A stretch of 64,000 nucleotides of DNA from an uncultured Prevotellaceae bacterium (lineage in GTDB: Bacteria > Bacteroidota > Bacteroidia > Bacteroidales > Bacteroidaceae), in assembly GCA_946415365.1 (NCBI GenBank), contig CAMKSE010000007.1, positions 13,566 through 77,565 on the forward strand. Reading direction: 5' to 3'. Each line of letters opens with the position of its first letter. The first letter of the stretch is position 1. Shown one piece after another: positions 1 to 9,302 of this stretch. A program made the position numbers and the translations under genes. Below the pieces are notes generated by a model. The model saw only the letters and a program-made list of their open reading frames with translations, made no database searches and had not been told where the DNA came from.

Positions 1-107
1 TTGGATATGATTGCAACACTCTCATAAATATTGCCTGTTTCACGACAGAGATCCATGATGTTGCGAGATACTGTGTTTACTGGTGCTTTTGATTTCTTGT
101 AGTCCAT
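1..107 (-). CDS. rpoZ: RNA polymerase omega-subunit-like protein, N-terminal fragment (continues past left edge)
   Basis: Hand translation of minus strand from ATG (complement of 105-107): MDYKKSKAPVNTVSRNIMDLCRETGNIYESVAIIS... It resembles Bacteroidota omega N-termini and lies just downstream of bamD. Not in the ORF track because no stop falls in the window. Confidence 0.5.
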   Translation of the reverse strand, partial: MDYKKSKAPVNTVSRNIMDLCRETGNIYESVAIIS

Positions 108-146
108 AATTCTTTCAATAATCAATATTTCTACTATTAATATTCT

Positions 147-974
147 TCAATCCTTTATTACTTTCTTGCATTTAGCAATGTATTTTTCCGCAATCGATAC
201 GTTCTTAGAGTCAGGAAATTCGTTGATGAATCCGTAGCATTCGTCCTCAGCATCACGATATCGCTCAATTCTTTTCTCTTCCGAACTGTTCTCAGCGAGC
301 TGGAACTTGCTCTTCATAATCAGCAGCATAAAGTCCTCACGCAGACTACAATAGGGAAAATTCTTGAGCGTATTCTGCGCCGTGATAATGCTCGCTGTAT
401 AGTTGCTCTCGTCGTTGGAATTGATATTTCCGAAATAGCCGCCAAGGTTATAATACAACTGCGCGGAGAGGAACTCCTTCATGATCAGTTTCTCAGTCAG
501 TTCATACAGACGCTCCTGAGCCTTGGCCCGCAAATGTGAATCGGGGAAAAGATCCATGAACTGCTGATATGCAGTGATAGCACCGTTCGTGGGCGACTGA
601 TCGAGACGAGGTTCAGGAGAACTCTCATACAGCGACTGTCCTACATAGAAATATGCCGGCTCTACATAATATCCACGGGGATAACTCGTGGTATATTTCT
701 TAAATGTCTCCGAGGCTGACTCATAGTCGAGGTTGCAGTACTCCGACATAGCCAGCATGTAAAGACACTCCTGGGCTTCGTCACTGCCTTTCTTCATCGT
801 CACCAATTCCTGCAGCAGCGTAGATGCCTGTTGGAACTTGCCGCGTGCAAAAGCCTCCTTGGCATACTCATACTTGGCTTCTGCGTCGCCATATTTGTAT
901 ATGCGGTTGAATTCTGATGCACAACTGCTAAATAGCAGGGCCGCGAAAAACATTATTATGACTGATTTCTTCAT
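147..974 (-). CDS. bamD: Outer membrane protein assembly factor BamD (TPR lipoprotein)
   Basis: ORF 147..986. Likely start is MKKSVIIMFFAALLFSSCAS (signal peptide plus lipobox Cys). TPR-like helical repeats and BamD/YfiO-like length. Confidence 0.85.
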   Translation of the reverse strand: MKKSVIIMFFAALLFSSCASEFNRIYKYGDAEAKYEYAKEAFARGKFQQASTLLQELVTMKKGSDEAQECLYMLAMSEYCNLDYESASETFKKYTTSYPRGYYVEPAYFYVGQSLYESSPEPRLDQSPTNGAITAYQQFMDLFPDSHLRAKAQERLYELTEKLIMKEFLSAQLYYNLGGYFGNINSNDESNYTASIITAQNTLKNFPYCSLREDFMLLIMKSKFQLAENSSEEKRIERYRDAEDECYGFINEFPDSKNVSIAEKYIAKCKKVIKD

Positions 975-1087
975 ATCGGGGTGCAAAGTTACACAAAAAA
1001 AGCCACAGAAGATACAACTATCGCTGTTTTTTTTATTTCTTTATCAATAATTTCAATAAAATCGGTATATTATGTGGTATTTTTTCG

Positions 1088-1095
1088 TATCTTTG
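1088..1095 (+). promoter_or_regulatory. Bacteroidota -7 promoter box (TAnnTTTG) for uvrB
   Basis: tatctttg lies 9 nt upstream of the ATG at 1104. Confidence 0.55.
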
Positions 1096-1103
1096 CACTC
1101 TCT

Positions 1104-3134
1104 ATGGGAAAATTCATACTTACATCAGACTATAAGCCGACAGGTGACCAGCCCGAAGCCATCCGCCAACTGACGGAGGGACTGGAGCGAGGAGACAAGT
1201 CACAAGTGCTACTGGGTGTGACGGGTTCCGGCAAGACCTTCACGATGGCCAACGTCATAGCAAACTGGAACCGCCCTACCCTTATCCTAAGTCATAACAA
1301 GACACTTGCACATCAGTTGTACACGGAGATGAAGGAGTTCTTCCCCCAGAACGCTGTGGAGTACTATGTAAGCTATTATGACTATTATCAACCAGAGGCA
1401 TATCTGCCTACTACCGACACGTATATCGAAAAGGACTTGGCCATTAATGATGATATAGACCGTCTGAGACTATCTGCCGTATCTAACTTACTATCAGGAA
1501 GAAATGACGTAATCGTTGTATCATCAGTTTCATGTATCTACGGTATGGGAAGTCCTGTGGCTCTACAGGAGAACGTCATAGAATTACAAACAGGTCAGAA
1601 GTTATCGAGGAACGCTCTGTTAAGGAAATTAGTACAACTGCTTTACGTCAGGAATGACATGGATCTTCAGCGCGGGAACTTCCGAGTGAAGGGCGACACC
1701 GTCGACATTGCCCTCGCCTACTCCGAAACCGTGCTGCGCATCACCTTCTGGGATGATGAGATCGATGCCATTGAGGAGGTCGACGGTGTGACTTTCGACC
1801 GTATGGCTAGCTTTAAAGACTATAAACTCTATCCCGCAAACCTTTTCATGACCTCGCAGGAGCAGACTGCTATAGCCATCCACGACATTCAGGACGATCT
1901 CGTGAAGCAGATCGCTTTCTTTGAGGAACAAGGCGACACGATAAAAGCACAACGTATAAAGGAACGTGTGGAGTACGACATGGAGATGATCAAGGAACTG
2001 GGTCACTGCTCGGGCATAGAGAACTACAGCCGTTACTTCGACGGTCGTAAGGCCGGTGAGAGACCTTATTGTCTGCTCGACTTCTTTCCCGACGACTATC
2101 TTCTCTTTATCGACGAAAGTCATGTCTCCGTTCCACAGATAAACGGCATGTACGGCGGTGACCGTAGTCGAAAACAGAACCTTGTAGAGTACGGTTTCCG
2201 TCTGCCTGCAGCCTTCGACAACCGTCCGCTGCGCTTTGAAGAATTCCAGAAGGAGGTGAATCAGGTCATCTATGTCAGCGCCACCCCTGCCGACTACGAG
2301 CTGGCTGAAGCCGAAGGAGTGGTGGTGGAACAGGTGATACGCCCTACGGGACTGCTCGACCCGGAGATTGAGGTACGACCCAGCGAGAACCAGATTGACG
2401 ACCTTATGGACGAGATCCATACACGTAGCAAACGAGGAGAAAGAGTACTCGTCACCACACTGACCAAGCGTATGGCCGAGGAAATGGCCGATTACCTGCT
2501 GAAACACGGTGTAAAGACCAACTACATCCATAGCGAGGTGAAGACTCTCGAGCGTGTAAAAATCCTAAACGACCTGCGGCTCGGCAACTACGACGTGCTG
2601 GTGGGCGTTAACCTCCTGCGCGAGGGGCTTGACCTGCCTGAGGTATCTCTGGTGGCCATCCTCGATGCCGACAAGGAGGGATTTCTTCGCAGTCATCGCA
2701 GTCTGACACAGACGGCAGGTCGTGCAGCACGTAATGTGAACGGTAAGGTCATCATGTATGCCGACAATATCACCGCCTCAATGCAACTTACTATCGACGA
2801 GACCCTACGTCGCCGTGAGAAACAGATACGCTATAATGAGGCCCACGGCATCACTCCCAAGCAGATAATCAAGAACATCAGCCAGCCTGTGCTGCAGAAG
2901 GAAAACCGTGCCGATGTCAAAGAACTACGCAGAGAATTCGGAATCGCAGCCGATAGCGGCGTTATGTCAGCTGCCGATCCCATCGTAGCCCGTATGACCA
3001 GACCACAGCTGGAAAAGTGCATTGCCGACACCAGACGACTGATGAAGGAGGCCGCCAAGAATTTGGACTTCCTGCAGGCAGCACAATATCGCGACGAGAT
3101 CTTCCGACTGGAGAAAGAACTGGAACTGAAATAG
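1104..3134 (+). CDS. uvrB: Excinuclease ABC subunit B
   Basis: ORF 981..3134. Internal start MGKFILTSDYKPTGDQPEAIRQL is the typical UvrB N-terminus. Walker A GVTGSGKT, helicase motifs and C-terminal UVR motif (AAQYRDEIFRLEKEL) are present. Confidence 0.97.
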   Translation: MGKFILTSDYKPTGDQPEAIRQLTEGLERGDKSQVLLGVTGSGKTFTMANVIANWNRPTLILSHNKTLAHQLYTEMKEFFPQNAVEYYVSYYDYYQPEAYLPTTDTYIEKDLAINDDIDRLRLSAVSNLLSGRNDVIVVSSVSCIYGMGSPVALQENVIELQTGQKLSRNALLRKLVQLLYVRNDMDLQRGNFRVKGDTVDIALAYSETVLRITFWDDEIDAIEEVDGVTFDRMASFKDYKLYPANLFMTSQEQTAIAIHDIQDDLVKQIAFFEEQGDTIKAQRIKERVEYDMEMIKELGHCSGIENYSRYFDGRKAGERPYCLLDFFPDDYLLFIDESHVSVPQINGMYGGDRSRKQNLVEYGFRLPAAFDNRPLRFEEFQKEVNQVIYVSATPADYELAEAEGVVVEQVIRPTGLLDPEIEVRPSENQIDDLMDEIHTRSKRGERVLVTTLTKRMAEEMADYLLKHGVKTNYIHSEVKTLERVKILNDLRLGNYDVLVGVNLLREGLDLPEVSLVAILDADKEGFLRSHRSLTQTAGRAARNVNGKVIMYADNITASMQLTIDETLRRREKQIRYNEAHGITPKQIIKNISQPVLQKENRADVKELRREFGIAADSGVMSAADPIVARMTRPQLEKCIADTRRLMKEAAKNLDFLQAAQYRDEIFRLEKELELK

Positions 3135-3231
3135 TGAAAAATAACAAAATACGTGTTAATCCGTGTAATCAGTGCCCGTATATTGTTTTTTCTTTGTACT
3201 TTTGCATCGATTTTTAATAATATTAGGTAAT

Positions 3232-3849
3232 ATGAAAAGAATTCTTATAGCCATCTTGACGCTGATGCCCATGTTTGCAACGGCTCAGGACAACACATGG
3301 GAGCGAATAGAAGTGGAAGAACAGCCGAAGGACAATCCCGATGCCAAGTATCTGTTGCCCGACGCTGTGCCTGAGGTTGACGGAAGGGTGGTCTTCCATA
3401 CTACCATCACCGCAGAGGGAAAGTCTGCAGACGAGATCTACGAGATACTGCTCAAGCAACTGACGAAAATGGTATCCGAACCCAATCAGATAGCCAACAG
3501 CCAGGTGGCCCTGCAGAATCGTGAGAATCATGAACTGGCAGCTGCTTTCCATGAGTGGCTGGTGTTTAAGAGTGGTGCCCTGTCCCTTGACCGTACACAG
3601 TTCAACTACCAGATCTATATTACCATTGCCGACGGCAAGGCCGACGTCAGCATGATGCGCATCAGCTACGATTACGACATCGAGCGCGGAGGCGGCCATT
3701 ATAAAGCTGAGGAGTGGATCACCGACAAGTATGCCGTGAACAAGAAGCACACCAAGCTCTATCCGATTTCAGCGAAGTTCCGCCGTAAGACCATCGACCG
3801 TAAAGACTTCATCTTCAACAAATTCAACAGCCTGCTGAACGAGAAATGA
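3232..3849 (+). CDS. Secreted DUF4468-like protein (function unknown)
   Basis: ORF 3172..3849. Start MKRILIAILTLMPMFATAQ is a signal peptide. The -7 box tacttttg lies upstream. The family call is from memory only. Confidence 0.6.
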   Translation: MKRILIAILTLMPMFATAQDNTWERIEVEEQPKDNPDAKYLLPDAVPEVDGRVVFHTTITAEGKSADEIYEILLKQLTKMVSEPNQIANSQVALQNRENHELAAAFHEWLVFKSGALSLDRTQFNYQIYITIADGKADVSMMRISYDYDIERGGGHYKAEEWITDKYAVNKKHTKLYPISAKFRRKTIDRKDFIFNKFNSLLNEK

Positions 3850-4013
3850 CGAATAAGGACAAAATTCGCAACGTGCTGAACATCATCTTCATGATCGGAG
3901 CCGTCATAGGGGTCATCTGGTATCTGACGAAGGACCGGATGGTGGGCACATACATTATCCTGATTGCGATGTGCTTCAAGATTGCCGAATCGTCATTACG
4001 GATGATGAAATAG
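3846..4013 (+). CDS. Small two-helix membrane protein (55 aa), hypothetical
   Basis: Hand translation: MTNKDKIRNVLNIIFMIGAVIGVIWYLTKDRMVGTYIILIAMCFKIAESSLRMMK. Its ATG overlaps the upstream TGA (ATGA). Below the ORF-track size cutoff. Confidence 0.45.
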   Translation: MTNKDKIRNVLNIIFMIGAVIGVIWYLTKDRMVGTYIILIAMCFKIAESSLRMMK

Positions 4014-4071
4014 AGTTGAAAAGAGAAAAGTGATGAGTGACTATATCTGGATCATAAGGTATAAGAGAATC

Positions 4072-6408
4072 ATGCGATGGAGGATTCTCCCACTACTTCT
4101 CACATTTCTTTTCTCATCTCTCCCTTCTCTCGCCCAAGACACTTACAACCAGATTGACGAGATGGGAAACATCTCCCAGCGTAGCGACAACAATAACTTT
4201 AATAAGCACAACAACGACACCACCCGCAACAAGGAAATTCCCAAGGGCATCCGTTCCTGGACCGTAGACCGCACCTTCGGCGACATCATTCCCACAGAGC
4301 CCGACACCGTGCACCACCTGTTCATGAACACGACTTTCAACAGCGGCATGTACGGTGAGTACAACCACACGGGCAGCAACTACACGGCCCGTCAGAGCCG
4401 TATCTTTATCAACCGTCCCGAACCAGACTACTTCACCTTCACACAACCCTACAGCTTTGTCGAGACACAGCCTGACGAGTTTCTCTTCATGAACACGCTC
4501 TCGCCATTTACCAATATCCTCTACGATAACTGCGGAGACAAGACCAGCGGTGAGGATCATATCGATGCGAAGTTCGCAGTGAATGCCGGCAAACGACTGA
4601 ATTTCGGCTTTAACCTTAAATACGCCTACTCCAGAGGCTATTTCCAAAACCAGAACCAGTCGCATTTTAACGCCTCGCTGTTCTCCTCGTACAACGGCGA
4701 CAAATACAGCATGCACTTCCTTTTCACGAACAGTCACCAGAAGGTCAACGAGAACGGTGGTATAGTCGATGATAACTACATCACTCATCCCGAGTCCTTC
4801 TCACAGAGTTTCTCCGAGAACGAGATCCCCACCGTGCTCTCCAGCAACTGGAACCGCAACGACCACCAGCACCTGTTCTTCACCCATCGGTATAACATCG
4901 GTTTCTACCATAAGGTACCGATGACCGAAGAGGAGATCAAAGCCCGCAAGTTCGCACAGGAGTCGAAGAAAGAGAAGGAACAGAAATCAGAGGAAGGGAG
5001 TCTGGATGACCGCAAACCAAGCGTCCGGCCTGAGTCTGCTCCTATGGGACGTCCCGATGGGGCGAAGATCATGGGAGCTGAGCCAAAGGCTTTTAAGGAT
5101 TCGTTGGCAATGGTCGTCGACACCACCCGTATAAAAGTAGACGGACAGGCGGCCATCGACAGTCTTAACCGCATACAGGCCATACAAGACTCCATCGATG
5201 CCACAATGAAAGACGAATTCGTGCCTGTCACCAGTTTCATTCACACCCTCGAATGGAACAACTACCGCCGGACCTACCAGTCATATTACACCCCCAGCGG
5301 CTACTATAAGAATACATACTACAAACAGGGTTTGGAGTACGGCAATGACTCCATCTACGACCAAAACAGGCACATGCAACTCAAGAACACCTTCGCTATC
5401 GGTCTGCTCGAAGGTTTCAATAAATACATGAAAGCCGGACTGAAGGCATTCATCTCATCCAACTACTGTACCTACACCCAACCTGACTCTCTCGACACAG
5501 GAACCTTATACGAGCGGAAAGAGTCGGAACATGATATCAGCGTGGGAGCCAAGATTAGTAAGACACAAGGGCGAACGCTGCACTTCGATGCAGGACTGGA
5601 GACATATATCGCTGGTCCTAACGCCGGACAGCTGTTCCTCGACTTCAGTACCGACCTCAACTTCCCGCTCTTCGGCGACACCGTGCAGTTGGCGGCAACA
5701 GCCTATTTCCACAGATTCGTCTGTGCCTATTTCCAGTCCAGCTATCACTCCAAGCACCTATGGTGGGACCTCGACACGAAGAAGGAGACGCGTACACACC
5801 TTGAGGGCGACTTTTCCTATTCCAAGACTAACACGCTGCTTCGCGTAGCCGTTGACGAAATACAGAACTATGGCTATTGGGACATGAGCTACGACTTCTC
5901 CAATAGTGGCCGCACGAACATGACGGCATCTTTCCGGCAGAACAGCAGCAACATCAGCATCCTCACTGCCCAGCTGCACCAGAACTTCCGTTTGGGTCCA
6001 CTGAACTGGGAGAACGTCGTCACCTATCAGAACAGCAGCAACCAGGAAGTGCTGCCACTACCTACGTGGAACATCTTCTCAAATCTATTCTTGAAATTCA
6101 AGATTGCCAAGGTGCTCGGTGTGGAACTCGGAGCCGATGCCATCTGGTTCAGCAAATACTATGCTCCCGATTTCTGTCCGGCCATCAACCAGTTTGCCAT
6201 ACAGCAGAATGCCGACAGTCGTATAGAACTGGGCGGCTATCCGTTCGTTGATGTCTATGCAAACATGGTGCTGAAGGGTGTGCGCTTCTTCGTGATGATG
6301 AGTCATATCAATGCCGGCTCAGGCACCCACATGCAGTTCCTCACGCCCCACTACCCCACTAACAACTCAGTCATCCACTTCGGAGTCTCCTGGAACTTCT
6401 ACAATTAA
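4072..6408 (+). CDS. Large outer-membrane beta-barrel protein (Bacteroidota putative-porin family)
   Basis: ORF 4030..6408. Start MRWRILPLLLTFLFSSLPSLAQ is a signal peptide. The sequence is long, rich in aromatic/Gly/Asn residues with alternating patterns typical of beta-barrels. Confidence 0.6.
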   Translation: MRWRILPLLLTFLFSSLPSLAQDTYNQIDEMGNISQRSDNNNFNKHNNDTTRNKEIPKGIRSWTVDRTFGDIIPTEPDTVHHLFMNTTFNSGMYGEYNHTGSNYTARQSRIFINRPEPDYFTFTQPYSFVETQPDEFLFMNTLSPFTNILYDNCGDKTSGEDHIDAKFAVNAGKRLNFGFNLKYAYSRGYFQNQNQSHFNASLFSSYNGDKYSMHFLFTNSHQKVNENGGIVDDNYITHPESFSQSFSENEIPTVLSSNWNRNDHQHLFFTHRYNIGFYHKVPMTEEEIKARKFAQESKKEKEQKSEEGSLDDRKPSVRPESAPMGRPDGAKIMGAEPKAFKDSLAMVVDTTRIKVDGQAAIDSLNRIQAIQDSIDATMKDEFVPVTSFIHTLEWNNYRRTYQSYYTPSGYYKNTYYKQGLEYGNDSIYDQNRHMQLKNTFAIGLLEGFNKYMKAGLKAFISSNYCTYTQPDSLDTGTLYERKESEHDISVGAKISKTQGRTLHFDAGLETYIAGPNAGQLFLDFSTDLNFPLFGDTVQLAATAYFHRFVCAYFQSSYHSKHLWWDLDTKKETRTHLEGDFSYSKTNTLLRVAVDEIQNYGYWDMSYDFSNSGRTNMTASFRQNSSNISILTAQLHQNFRLGPLNWENVVTYQNSSNQEVLPLPTWNIFSNLFLKFKIAKVLGVELGADAIWFSKYYAPDFCPAINQFAIQQNADSRIELGGYPFVDVYANMVLKGVRFFVMMSHINAGSGTHMQFLTPHYPTNNSVIHFGVSWNFYN

Positions 6409-7316
6409 AGTAATATCCCCAGGCTGATGCACAGCCCATAGATGAAGATATTTCTTGCTGTCTCGCCCAGACAGAGGTTCAACGCCTTTCCCTGCCAAAT
6501 ACGCTTGATGCGCAACCACGTGAACAGATGCAGCACAAAATAAAGCATCTGGAACACCGTAGCCAGCAAATGACCGTTCATCCAGAACGTGCCACCAAGG
6601 ATCACAGCTCCCACACCAACACCCAGATACAACTGCAGTCCGGCCTCTGGACCCATACGTACAATTAGTGTCTTCTTACCCGCCAGACGGTCGTTGTCGC
6701 GGTCTCGGAAGTTGTTCACGATCAGCAGCGCGTCAATCACCATTCCACAGGCCAGCGATGCGAGGAACACTTGCCACGTGACGGTATGTAACTGAACATA
6801 ATACGTGCAGCACACAGGCACAAAGCCAAAGAAAACCAGAACCAATAGGTCACCAAGGCCCTCATATGAGAAAAAGGTCGTATAGAGGAACGCGAACGTC
6901 ACGCAAAGTGCTCCGACGAGGATCATCTCCATACCGCCATACCAGGCCAGCGGCAGTCCGATGACACATGCCAGACAGGTGGTCAGCGCGATGGCTTTCT
7001 TCATGGCGTCGAGCGTCACCCAACCCTGTGCACAAGCCCTTCTCGGCCCTAATCGCGTTTCCGTATTATCGGAACCGTTCACAAAGTCAAAAAAGTCATT
7101 GATGAGGTTCGCGTCTATCTGCATGGTAAATGAGAACAGCAGGCAGAGTACTGCCGCCGTCCAACTGAACACGTCACCGTCGTAGAAGCGTGCATCGGAA
7201 TATGCCAGCGCCACACCGATCATCACTGGCACAGCAGCGCCCGACAACGTCTTCGGGCGAGCTGCCAGCAGCCACGCCTTCATAGAATTGGTCTTGATTC
7301 TAGCTTCTTCCATCAT
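6405..7316 (-). CDS. menA: 1,4-dihydroxy-2-naphthoate polyprenyltransferase (UbiA family)
   Basis: MKAWLLAARPKTL N-terminus, NDFFD Asp-rich motif, about 8-9 TM helices. Its stop overlaps the porin stop (TTAA). Confidence 0.85.
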   Translation of the reverse strand: MMEEARIKTNSMKAWLLAARPKTLSGAAVPVMIGVALAYSDARFYDGDVFSWTAAVLCLLFSFTMQIDANLINDFFDFVNGSDNTETRLGPRRACAQGWVTLDAMKKAIALTTCLACVIGLPLAWYGGMEMILVGALCVTFAFLYTTFFSYEGLGDLLVLVFFGFVPVCCTYYVQLHTVTWQVFLASLACGMVIDALLIVNNFRDRDNDRLAGKKTLIVRMGPEAGLQLYLGVGVGAVILGGTFWMNGHLLATVFQMLYFVLHLFTWLRIKRIWQGKALNLCLGETARNIFIYGLCISLGILL

Positions 7317-7339
7317 CTAATTATTTAGGTTTTCACTTG

Positions 7340-7347
7340 CAAAAGTA
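7340..7347 (-). promoter_or_regulatory. -7 box (tacttttg on minus strand) for menA
   Basis: The complement of caaaagta reads tacttttg, preceded by a T-rich tract. Confidence 0.5.
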
Positions 7348-7432
7348 CAAAAAAAATCTATAACCAATTGCAGATTTCCCAGATAATATGAAAAAAAATC
7401 AGTATAATTTGTGTAATCTGCGGTTATTTTAC

Positions 7433-7440
7433 TATCTTTG
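7433..7440 (+). promoter_or_regulatory. -7 box (tatctttg) for the HD-domain gene
   Basis: Lies 22 nt upstream of the ATG at 7462. Confidence 0.5.
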
Positions 7441-7461
7441 CATCGATAAAACCAACAACAT

Positions 7462-8100
7462 ATGATCCAAAACGCACCAAGCCTTGATTTAGTGGAGTTC
7501 ATAGAAACAAAGATTCTCCCCCAATACGCCGCCTTCGACGCAGCCCACAACATGGAACACGTCACCCGCGTCATCCGCCATTCACTGGAACTGGTGAAAG
7601 TCACTGGTGCTGACATCAACATGGCCTATGCCATCGCCGCCTATCACGACCTCGGCATGAGCGGTCCCCGTGCCATTCACCACGTTACCGGAGGTAAGAT
7701 CCTCGCTGCCGATGCCCGTCTGCGCAAGTGGTTTACGCCCGACCAGATCAAAATCATGCGAGAGGCCGTCGAAGACCACCGTGCCTCCGCCTCCCACGCT
7801 CCTCGTAGCATCTACGGTAAGATCGTTGCTGAGGCCGACCGCGACATTGAGACCGACACCGTCATCCGTCGCACCATCCAGTACGGCTTGGCCAACTACC
7901 CGCAGCTCGACCATGAAGGCCACTGGAAACGCTTCATGGAACACATGCAGAACAAGTATTCGAAAGATGGCTACATACGCCTGTGGATTCCCAACTCCCC
8001 CAATGCCAAGCGACTCAACGACCTGCGCAACCTCATTGCCCAGCCCCATGAGCTCCGCAAGGAGTTCGACCGTATCTTCGCCGAGGAATCCCCTACCTGA
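7462..8100 (+). CDS. HD-domain phosphohydrolase
   Basis: AAYHDLG His-Asp motif plus downstream conserved H/D residues. Confidence 0.8.
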   Translation: MIQNAPSLDLVEFIETKILPQYAAFDAAHNMEHVTRVIRHSLELVKVTGADINMAYAIAAYHDLGMSGPRAIHHVTGGKILAADARLRKWFTPDQIKIMREAVEDHRASASHAPRSIYGKIVAEADRDIETDTVIRRTIQYGLANYPQLDHEGHWKRFMEHMQNKYSKDGYIRLWIPNSPNAKRLNDLRNLIAQPHELRKEFDRIFAEESPT

Positions 8101-8245
8101 GATAGTAATAATATATGTACGCGAGGATAGCGATGAGTACCAGCGTCACCACCGTCCTGACCATACACGACACCACGCGCTTAATGATCAGGAAAGCAAT
8201 AATGATTGCAGCCAGCATCGCTGCATAATATCCAATATTCTCCAT
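8093..8245 (-). CDS. Small hydrophobic protein (50 aa), hypothetical
   Basis: Hand translation: MENIGYYAAMLAAIIIAFLIIKRVVSCMVRTVVTLVLIAILAYIYYYYLR. It starts 4 nt after the stop of the pseudouridine synthase gene and overlaps the convergent HD gene by 8 nt. Confidence 0.35.
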   Translation of the reverse strand: MENIGYYAAMLAAIIIAFLIIKRVVSCMVRTVVTLVLIAILAYIYYYYLR

Positions 8246-8249
8246 AACC

Positions 8250-9146
8250 TCACTTAAACATTCTCCTAAACTCTACCGGCACCGGCGTCTCAAACTCCAT
8301 CGGCTCCCCCGTCACCGGATGATGGAAACACAGCAGCCAGGCATGCAGACACAGACGGTGCAGCGGATCGTCACCATTGCCGTACTTCGGGTCGCCGCAG
8401 ACGGGATGCCCCATGTCGGCCGAGTGTACACGAATCTGGTTCTTCCGTCCCGTCTCCAACTTGAACTCCACCAGCGAGTGCTCCGTCGTGCGGTCCATCA
8501 CGTACCAGTGGGTCACAGCATACTTACCGCCATTGTCCACAGGCGACGAGTAGGTCACGTAGGCCTTATTGTCCTTCAGCCAGTTGGCAATCGTTCCCTC
8601 GTTATCCACAATCTCACCAGAGCACACGGCCACATAGCGGCGGTCGTACACAATCTGGTGCCAGTTCTTCTCCAGCGTCTGCTCTGTGTCCATATCCTTG
8701 GCATAGACCATCAGTCCGCTGGTATCGCGGTCCAGTCGGTGAACCACATGAGCACGACATTTCTGTCCCGACTTCCTGAAATAGTCATCGAGCACCGACT
8801 TCACGTTCAACGACGAATGTCCTGCCGCCATCGAGAGTATTCCTGGCATCTTCTCAATCACGATGAGCCACTTGTCCTCATACACGATCTTTACATACCG
8901 GCTCTTGAATCCCCTCTGATTGCGCTTGGTATTGCTCACGGACACCTTCATGCCCCGCTCCAACGGGAAGTCAAACTGTGATACGGTCTTTCCGTTCACC
9001 TTAATACCCCTACCCTGCAGTGTTGCTTTGATCTTCGTGCGCGTCTGCTTCACGTTCTTTAGCAACCACTCCAACAGTGGCATCGGCTCTTCAACGGTAT
9101 AATGGGCGTAATCGCCCTCCTGCTTATGATCTGCGTTAAATCTCAT
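8250..9146 (-). CDS. RluA-family 23S rRNA pseudouridine synthase with N-terminal S4 domain
   Basis: HRLDRDTSGL catalytic motif and an S4-like N-terminal region. Confidence 0.9.
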   Translation of the reverse strand: MRFNADHKQEGDYAHYTVEEPMPLLEWLLKNVKQTRTKIKATLQGRGIKVNGKTVSQFDFPLERGMKVSVSNTKRNQRGFKSRYVKIVYEDKWLIVIEKMPGILSMAAGHSSLNVKSVLDDYFRKSGQKCRAHVVHRLDRDTSGLMVYAKDMDTEQTLEKNWHQIVYDRRYVAVCSGEIVDNEGTIANWLKDNKAYVTYSSPVDNGGKYAVTHWYVMDRTTEHSLVEFKLETGRKNQIRVHSADMGHPVCGDPKYGNGDDPLHRLCLHAWLLCFHHPVTGEPMEFETPVPVEFRRMFK

Positions 9147-9302
9147 TATCTTCTTCAGTGATATACGCCTGCAAAATTACAAAAAGTTTTCCATAAACCA
9201 TCAAAATATGCACTTTTTGGGTGTAAAGATAGTGATTATTGAAGATTTTTTGCTATATTTGTGCCCGGATTTAATTAATAACTGATTAAAAACTAAGCAG
9301 AT

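Noticed and set aside
981-1103. N-terminal extensions in the ORF track (981, 3172, 4030, 11900, 11917, 14363, 33183, 41777, 47329, 51734, 49353)
   Set aside because: In each case the extension crosses a TAnnTTTG -7 box or the upstream gene. An internal ATG gives the family-typical N-terminus or signal peptide.
1629-2531. 300-aa antisense ORF within uvrB (similar cases at 11148-11894, 24033-24662, 8319-8981 and 26859-27476)
   Set aside because: Each fully overlaps a high-confidence conserved gene on the other strand. None has independent start signals or motifs.
7670-8257. 195-aa Pro/Ser/Thr-rich ORF in an alternative frame of the HD-domain gene
   Set aside because: It is an overlapping same-strand alternative frame with low-complexity composition, while the HD frame has the catalytic motif.
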